DNA of 10,206 nt from Moraxellaceae bacterium (GTDB taxonomy: Bacteria > Bacillota > Clostridia > Lachnospirales > Lachnospiraceae), in contig CAVITM010000076.1 of the NCBI GenBank assembly GCA_963645455.1, forward strand, positions 1-10,206, in the 5' to 3' direction. The position numbers and the translations under genes are program-made. The notes below the pieces were generated by a model. That model was not told the DNA's origin. It did no database searches and worked only from the letters and a program-made list of their open reading frames with translations. Each line of letters starts with the position of its first letter. Position 1 is the stretch's first letter. Below are positions 5,523 to 10,206 of the stretch, piece after piece.

Positions 5523-6308
5523 ATGATTGCAAATTATCATACCCATACATGGCGCTGCATGCATGCCACAGGAACAGAACGGGAATATGTTGAAAATGCC
5601 ATCCGGGGAGGACTTAAGATTTTAGGCTTTTCGGATCATACGCCTATGAAATATCCGGGCGGATATGAGAGTAAAGCCAAAATGCGTCCGGATCAGTTAG
5701 AGGACTATGTGGATACGATTTTGAAATTGAAAAAAGAGTATCGCAACGATATTGAAATCCACATCGGTTTGGAGGCGGAATATTATCCCATGCTTTTTGA
5801 ATCCATGCTTGAGATGATAGAGGAGTATCCCATTGAATATCTTTTGCTTGGTCAGCACTGTCTTGGAAATGAGATTGATGACGTTATCAGCATCATGCCA
5901 ACGGAAAATCCGGAACATCTGATCCGCTACTGCAAGCAGACCCAGGAAGCATTGGAGACCGGATATTTTACCTATTTTGCCCATCCGGATCTTTTGAATT
6001 TTATCGGAGATGAGCAAATCTATGACCAATGGATGCGGAAATTGTGTCTGGCGGCCAAAGAAATGGATATACCGCTGGAAATCAATTTTCTTGGTATCCG
6101 GGATAAACGAAACTATCCGAATCCCAGATTTTGGAAAATAGCAGGAGAGGTTGGAAACCGTGTCGTGTTCGGAGCCGATGCTCACCAGCCGGAAGTAGTA
6201 TGGAATCCGGAGACTATTTTAGTGGCAGAGGATATGGTCAGAAAATACCATCTAAATCTCGTAGAAACCATCGAATTCAAGCATACCGACAGACTGAATC
6301 GGAAATGA
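5523..6308 (+). CDS. PHP-domain histidinol-phosphatase family protein (HisJ/HisK-like)
   Basis: The N-terminal NYHTHTWRCMHA motif and FSDHTP are present. Downstream His/Glu/Asp ligands include GLEAEY, GQHC and AHPD, and the C-terminal motif is GADAHQP. The spacing is typical of the PHP metal-dependent phosphoesterase fold. GAGGA lies upstream of the ATG. Confidence 0.75.
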   Translation: MIANYHTHTWRCMHATGTEREYVENAIRGGLKILGFSDHTPMKYPGGYESKAKMRPDQLEDYVDTILKLKKEYRNDIEIHIGLEAEYYPMLFESMLEMIEEYPIEYLLLGQHCLGNEIDDVISIMPTENPEHLIRYCKQTQEALETGYFTYFAHPDLLNFIGDEQIYDQWMRKLCLAAKEMDIPLEINFLGIRDKRNYPNPRFWKIAGEVGNRVVFGADAHQPEVVWNPETILVAEDMVRKYHLNLVETIEFKHTDRLNRK

Positions 6309-6346
6309 GAATGATTTGATAAAGGCCGGAAAAAGCAGGTAGTTGG

Positions 6347-6375
6347 TTGCAAAATAGCAGATAACTGAGTATAAT
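6347..6375 (+). promoter_or_regulatory. Probable sigma-A promoter of the zinc-ribbon/metG/tatD/rsmA operon
   Basis: TTGCAA (6347-6352), an exact 17-nt spacer, then TATAAT (6370-6375). This is about 35 nt upstream of the ATG at 6411. Confidence 0.7.
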
Positions 6376-6410
6376 GAAGAAACACAGAAAAAAGAAAGGA
6401 GATATCAATT

Positions 6411-6866
6411 ATGGTATTTTTTGATAAACTAAGTGATGCACTTATGGGAGCAGGAAAAGACGTAACACAGAGAGCAAAGGATTTATCCGACAGCGCCAAG
6501 CTTTCTTATGACATTCATTCCAAAGAGGATCAGGTTGAGTGTCTGTATGCTGAGATCGGCAGACAGTATTATGAGGAGCATAAGGATGATGCACCGGTTT
6601 ATGAGGAGATGGATCAGATCAAAGAGCTGTTAGCAGCCATTGAGGAGCAGAAAAAAGCCCTTCTTGAGTTAAGAGGTGCAAAGGTATGTCCCCGCTGCGG
6701 CAAAGAGGTTCATGCCCAGGATGCTTATTGTAAGTGCTGCGGCGCCAAGATCGAGGAAGATGATATCGTTGTGGATGCCGTCGTAAAGGAAGCCCCTGAA
6801 GCTGAAGCAGCTGAAGCTCCGGAAGAGCCGGCCGCAGAGAAGGCAGAAGAGGCGGTTGAGGAGTAG
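6411..6866 (+). CDS. Small zinc-ribbon domain protein of unknown function, with an N-terminal helical/coiled-coil region and an acidic Ala/Glu/Pro-rich tail
   Basis: AAAGGAG lies upstream of the ATG. The zinc-ribbon signature is CPRCG-x11-CKCCG. The N-terminal roughly 90 aa are charged and helix-like. The C-terminal low-complexity tail reads EAPEAEAAEAPEEPAAEKAEEAVEE. Its stop TAG (6864-6866) is 2 nt before the metG ATG. Confidence 0.7.
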   Translation: MVFFDKLSDALMGAGKDVTQRAKDLSDSAKLSYDIHSKEDQVECLYAEIGRQYYEEHKDDAPVYEEMDQIKELLAAIEEQKKALLELRGAKVCPRCGKEVHAQDAYCKCCGAKIEEDDIVVDAVVKEAPEAEAAEAPEEPAAEKAEEAVEE

Positions 6867-6868
6867 AC

Positions 6869-8830
6869 ATGGCAGACAAAGGCAAATTTTATATGACCAC
6901 CGCCATCGCTTATGCCTCCGGCAAGCCTCATATCGGCAATACCTATGAGATTGTGCTGGCAGACAGCATCGCGCGGTTCAAACGTCAGGAGGGCTATGAC
7001 GTATTTTTCCAGACCGGAACAGACGAGCATGGCCAGAAGATTGAGCTGAAGGCCCAGGAAGCAGGCGTCAGCCCCAAGGAATATGTAGACAAGGTCGCAG
7101 GTACGATCAAGGATATCTGGGATCTGATGAATACCTCTTATGACAAGTTTATCCGTACGACGGATACAGATCATGAGAAGCAGGTACAGAAGATTTTCAA
7201 AAAGCTTTATGACAAGGGCGATATTTACAAGGGTTCCTATGAGGGACTCTACTGTACCCCCTGCGAGTCATTCTGGACCGAGTCCCAGCTGGTAGACGGC
7301 AAATGCCCGGACTGCGGACGTGAGGTTAAGCCCGCCAAGGAAGAGGCATACTTTTTCAAGATGAGCAAATATGCCGATCGTCTGATTGAGCATATCAATA
7401 CACATCCGGAGTTTATTCAGCCTGTATCCCGCAAAAACGAGATGATGAATAACTTCCTGCTGCCGGGGCTGCAGGATCTGTGCGTTTCCCGTACATCCTT
7501 TGACTGGGGCATTCCGGTGGATTTTGATGACAAGCATGTAGTATATGTATGGCTGGATGCGCTGACCAACTATATCACCGGCATCGGTTATGACTGTGAC
7601 GGTAATTCCACAGATCAGTTTAAAAAGGACTGGCCGGCGGATCTGCATCTGATCGGCAAGGATATTATCCGTTTCCATACGATTTACTGGCCCATCTTTT
7701 TGATGGCACTGGATCTGCCGCTGCCCAAGCAGGTATTTGGCCACCCGTGGCTGCTGCAGGGCGATGGCAAGATGAGCAAATCCAAAGGAAATGTGCTCTA
7801 TGCGGATGAGCTGGTAGATTTCTTCGGTGTGGATGCTGTACGTTATTTTGTACTTCATGAGATGCCCTTTGAAAATGACGGTGTGATCTCCTGGGAACTT
7901 TTGGTAGAGCGCATCAATTCGGATCTGGCCAACACCATGGGCAACCTGGTGAACCGTACCATTTCCATGACCAACAAATATTTTGACGGCCTGGTACGCT
8001 CTACAGGTGTGAGCGAGCCGGTGGATGAAGAACTGAAACAGACAGCCACCGGTACAAAAGCACGTGTATGTGCTAAGATGCAGGATCTGCGTGTGGCAGA
8101 TGCCATGACCGAGATTTTCAACCTGTTCAAGCGCTGCAACAAATATATCGACGAGACGACGCCCTGGCTTTTAGCAAAGGATGAGGCCAGCCTGCCCCGT
8201 TTATCAGAGGTATTATATAATCTGGTGGAGAGCATCAGCATCGGAGCGACACTGCTGAAGAGCTTTATGCCTGAGACCTCACAGCGGATTCTCTCCCAGC
8301 TGAACGCGGCAGAGATTCCATTTGATGCACTGGATCAGTTCGGCGCATATGTGAGCGGAACCAAGGTGACAGACAAGCCGGAGATCCTTTTTGCGAGACT
8401 GGACATAAATGAGGTGATGGAGCGCGTGAATGAGCTGCATCCGCCTGTTACTGAAGATAAGGAGGAAGCTCCTGCAGAGCCTGTGATGGACATCGAACCC
8501 AAGGAAGAGATTACCTTCGAGGAGTTTGGCAAAATGCAGTTCCAGGTGGGAGAGATCATCGCATGCGAAGCTGTACCGAAGTCCAAAAAGCTGCTCTGCT
8601 CCAAGGTTCGCGTTGGCAGCCAGATCAAGCAGATCGTATCCGGCATCCAAAAGGCTTATACGCCGGAGGAGATGGTCGGAAAGAAGGTCATGGTACTGGT
8701 GAACTTAAAGCCCGCCAAGCTGGCCGGAGTATTATCCGAGGGTATGCTTTTATGCGCAGAGGATGAAAACGGAACGTTATCGCTCATGGTACCGGAAAAG
8801 AAGATGCCTGCAGGTGCAGAGATCTGTTAA
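6869..8830 (+). CDS. metG: Methionine--tRNA ligase (long form with a C-terminal EMAP-II/Trbp111-like tRNA-binding domain)
   Basis: The HIGH motif is GKPHIGN and the KMSKS motif is present exactly. The zinc-knuckle insertion reads CTPCE...CPDCG. The C-terminal roughly 100 aa (FQVGEIIACEAVPKSKKLLCSKVRVG...VNLKPAKLAGVLSEGMLLCAE) form an OB-fold tRNA-binding domain. The RBS GAGGAG overlaps the end of the upstream gene. Confidence 0.95.
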   Translation: MADKGKFYMTTAIAYASGKPHIGNTYEIVLADSIARFKRQEGYDVFFQTGTDEHGQKIELKAQEAGVSPKEYVDKVAGTIKDIWDLMNTSYDKFIRTTDTDHEKQVQKIFKKLYDKGDIYKGSYEGLYCTPCESFWTESQLVDGKCPDCGREVKPAKEEAYFFKMSKYADRLIEHINTHPEFIQPVSRKNEMMNNFLLPGLQDLCVSRTSFDWGIPVDFDDKHVVYVWLDALTNYITGIGYDCDGNSTDQFKKDWPADLHLIGKDIIRFHTIYWPIFLMALDLPLPKQVFGHPWLLQGDGKMSKSKGNVLYADELVDFFGVDAVRYFVLHEMPFENDGVISWELLVERINSDLANTMGNLVNRTISMTNKYFDGLVRSTGVSEPVDEELKQTATGTKARVCAKMQDLRVADAMTEIFNLFKRCNKYIDETTPWLLAKDEASLPRLSEVLYNLVESISIGATLLKSFMPETSQRILSQLNAAEIPFDALDQFGAYVSGTKVTDKPEILFARLDINEVMERVNELHPPVTEDKEEAPAEPVMDIEPKEEITFEEFGKMQFQVGEIIACEAVPKSKKLLCSKVRVGSQIKQIVSGIQKAYTPEEMVGKKVMVLVNLKPAKLAGVLSEGMLLCAEDENGTLSLMVPEKKMPAGAEIC

Positions 8831-8839
8831 GGGGAATGT

Positions 8840-9622
8840 ATGATATTTGAGACACATGCTCATTATGACGATGAGCAATTTGCCGAGGATCGGGGGGAGC
8901 TGCTCACACAGCTCCCTTCTCTTGGTATTGGGAAAATTATAGATGTGGCATCCACCATCGAATCCATCGATGCCTGCATCGGTCTTGCAAAAAAATATGA
9001 TCATGTCTATGCGGCAGTTGGCGTGCATCCCAGTGAGCTGGAGGGCATGGATGAGACGGTGATCGACCATATGAGGCGTCTTGCGACCTGGGAAAAAACC
9101 GTCGCCATCGGTGAGATCGGCCTGGATTATTACTGGGAAAAGGATGAAGCCGTCAGACAACTGCAAAGAAACTGGTTTGCGCGCCAGATGGAGCTGGCCA
9201 GAGAGGTGGGTCTGCCGGTGATCATCCATTCAAGAGATGCGGCAGAGGATACTTATGACCTGATGCGGGATGTTCGTGCCCAGGAGATTCCGGGGGTGAT
9301 TCACTGCTATTCCTACTCACCGGAGCTGGCCAGAGAATTCTTAAAAATGGGCTATTATATCGGAGTAGGGGGAGTCGTCACTTTTAAAAATGCAAAAAAA
9401 CTGGTCTCTACCGTAGAGGAGACCCCCATGGAGCGGATCCTGCTGGAGACGGACAGCCCCTACTTAACGCCTGAGCCCCACCGCGGCAGGCGAAACGATT
9501 CAAGAGAGCTTGTCTATGTAGTTGAAAAAATTGCGCAGATCAAAGGACTGACCACCCAAGAAGTAGAGGCTGTGACATGGGAAAATGCACAGAGACTCTT
9601 CATGCGGACAGCAAACCAATAA
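8840..9622 (+). CDS. tatD: TatD-family metal-dependent hydrolase/DNase (YabD-like)
   Basis: Motifs present: N-terminal ETHAH, GVHP, EIGLDY, IHSRDA, HCYS, and ETDSPYLTP near the C-terminus. The ATG lies 9 nt after the metG stop, preceded by AAGGGGA. The position after metG matches the conserved Firmicutes metS-yabD arrangement. Confidence 0.9.
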   Translation: MIFETHAHYDDEQFAEDRGELLTQLPSLGIGKIIDVASTIESIDACIGLAKKYDHVYAAVGVHPSELEGMDETVIDHMRRLATWEKTVAIGEIGLDYYWEKDEAVRQLQRNWFARQMELAREVGLPVIIHSRDAAEDTYDLMRDVRAQEIPGVIHCYSYSPELAREFLKMGYYIGVGGVVTFKNAKKLVSTVEETPMERILLETDSPYLTPEPHRGRRNDSRELVYVVEKIAQIKGLTTQEVEAVTWENAQRLFMRTANQ

Positions 9623-9633
9623 GTGGAGGAACC

Positions 9634-10206
9634 ATGGCATATTTAGGAGAGCCGCAGCAGACCATCGCGGTGCTGCAGAAGTACAATTTTCATTTTCAAA
9701 AGAAATTCGGACAGAATTTTCTCATCGATCCCCATGTGCTGGAGCGCATCATTGAAGAGGCAGAGATCACAAAGGACGATTTTGTCGTGGAGATCGGCCC
9801 CGGCATCGGCACTATGACCCAGTATCTGTGTGAGGCGGCTCGTGCCGTAGCTGCGGTGGAGATTGATAAAAATCTCATCCCCATCTTAAAGGATACCCTC
9901 AGCGAGTATGACAATGTGGAGATTATCAACCAGGACATTTTAAAGGTGGATCTGGCTGCGTTGGCTGCCGGGAAAAATGATGGCCGGCCGGTGAAGGTGG
10001 TGGCGAATCTGCCCTATTATATTACGACGCCCATTATCATGGGCCTGTTCGAAAGCCACATGCCCCTGGAATCCATCACTGTTATGGTGCAGCGGGAGGT
10101 GGCAGAGCGGATGCAGTGCGGCCCGGGCACCAAGGATTACGGCGCCCTGTCCCTGGCAGTGCAGTATTATGCTGCCCCCCAGATCGTCGCCAACGTACCG
10201 CCCAAC
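9634..10206 (+). CDS. rsmA: 16S rRNA (adenine1518/1519-N6)-dimethyltransferase, 5' portion (191 codons; runs off the window end)
   Basis: Translated by hand, because the ORF is open to the window end and absent from the track: MAYLGEPQQTIAVLQKYNFHFQKKFGQNFLID... It carries the KsgA hallmark FGQNFL, the SAM motif EIGPGIGTMT and the catalytic NLPYYITTP. GGAGGA lies just upstream of the ATG. The start is 11 nt after the tatD stop. Confidence 0.9.
   Translation, partial: MAYLGEPQQTIAVLQKYNFHFQKKFGQNFLIDPHVLERIIEEAEITKDDFVVEIGPGIGTMTQYLCEAARAVAAVEIDKNLIPILKDTLSEYDNVEIINQDILKVDLAALAAGKNDGRPVKVVANLPYYITTPIIMGLFESHMPLESITVMVQREVAERMQCGPGTKDYGALSLAVQYYAAPQIVANVPPN

Noticed and set aside
6619-8650. 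Minus-strand ORFs 6619-6885, 6725-7174, 7268-7858, 7855-8241, 8279-8650, 8335-8646 and plus-strand 8563-8766, all overlapping the zinc-ribbon gene and metG
   Set aside because: They lie opposite or out of frame with metG, which has exact HIGH and KMSKS motifs. None has an SD or recognisable domains.
8777-9938. Minus-strand ORFs 8777-9229 and 9696-9938, overlapping tatD and rsmA
   Set aside because: They are antisense shadows of two genes with strong family motifs.
1-10206. Mobile-element or genomic-island interpretation (tRNA genes as integration sites)
   Set aside because: There is no integrase, transposase or recombinase ORF. No flanking direct repeat of a tRNA 3' end appears beyond the array itself. 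All neighbouring genes are housekeeping genes in conserved Firmicutes order.

Overview
This window looks like a core housekeeping region of a Firmicutes/Clostridia-type anaerobe. That assignment is an inference from the T-box leader, AGGAGG-type ribosome-binding sites, the PerR plus reverse-rubrerythrin pair, and metG-tatD-rsmA synteny. Reading left to right: (1) at least six perfectly identical tandem tRNA-Cys(GCA) genes on a 101-bp period, cut by the window edge and closed by a long hairpin; (2) a secreted 5'-nucleotidase/metallophosphatase; (3) tyrS on the minus strand, with a complete Tyr-specific T-box leader and a consensus sigma-A promoter; (4) a divergent PerR-like Fur-family regulator followed by a reverse rubrerythrin (rubredoxin-like domain at the N-terminus); (5) a PHP-family histidinol-phosphatase-like gene; (6) an apparent operon of a small zinc-ribbon/coiled-coil acidic protein, metG, a tatD-family hydrolase and rsmA/ksgA, the last running off the 3' end. 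I see no integrases, transposases, CRISPR, toxin-antitoxin or defence genes, and no convincing undescribed multi-gene system. The one genuinely unusual feature is the homogeneous tRNA-Cys array: Cys is a rare amino acid, and the units are identical including their 30-bp spacers. Smaller oddities are candidate operators around perR/rbr, an unexplained structured ~180-bp segment between the divergent tyrS and perR promoters, the lack of an obvious promoter for the 5'-nucleotidase gene, and a zinc-ribbon protein of unknown function that appears translationally coupled to metG. Every call comes from reading the sequence and the ORF track by eye. No database search or covariance-model scoring was run.
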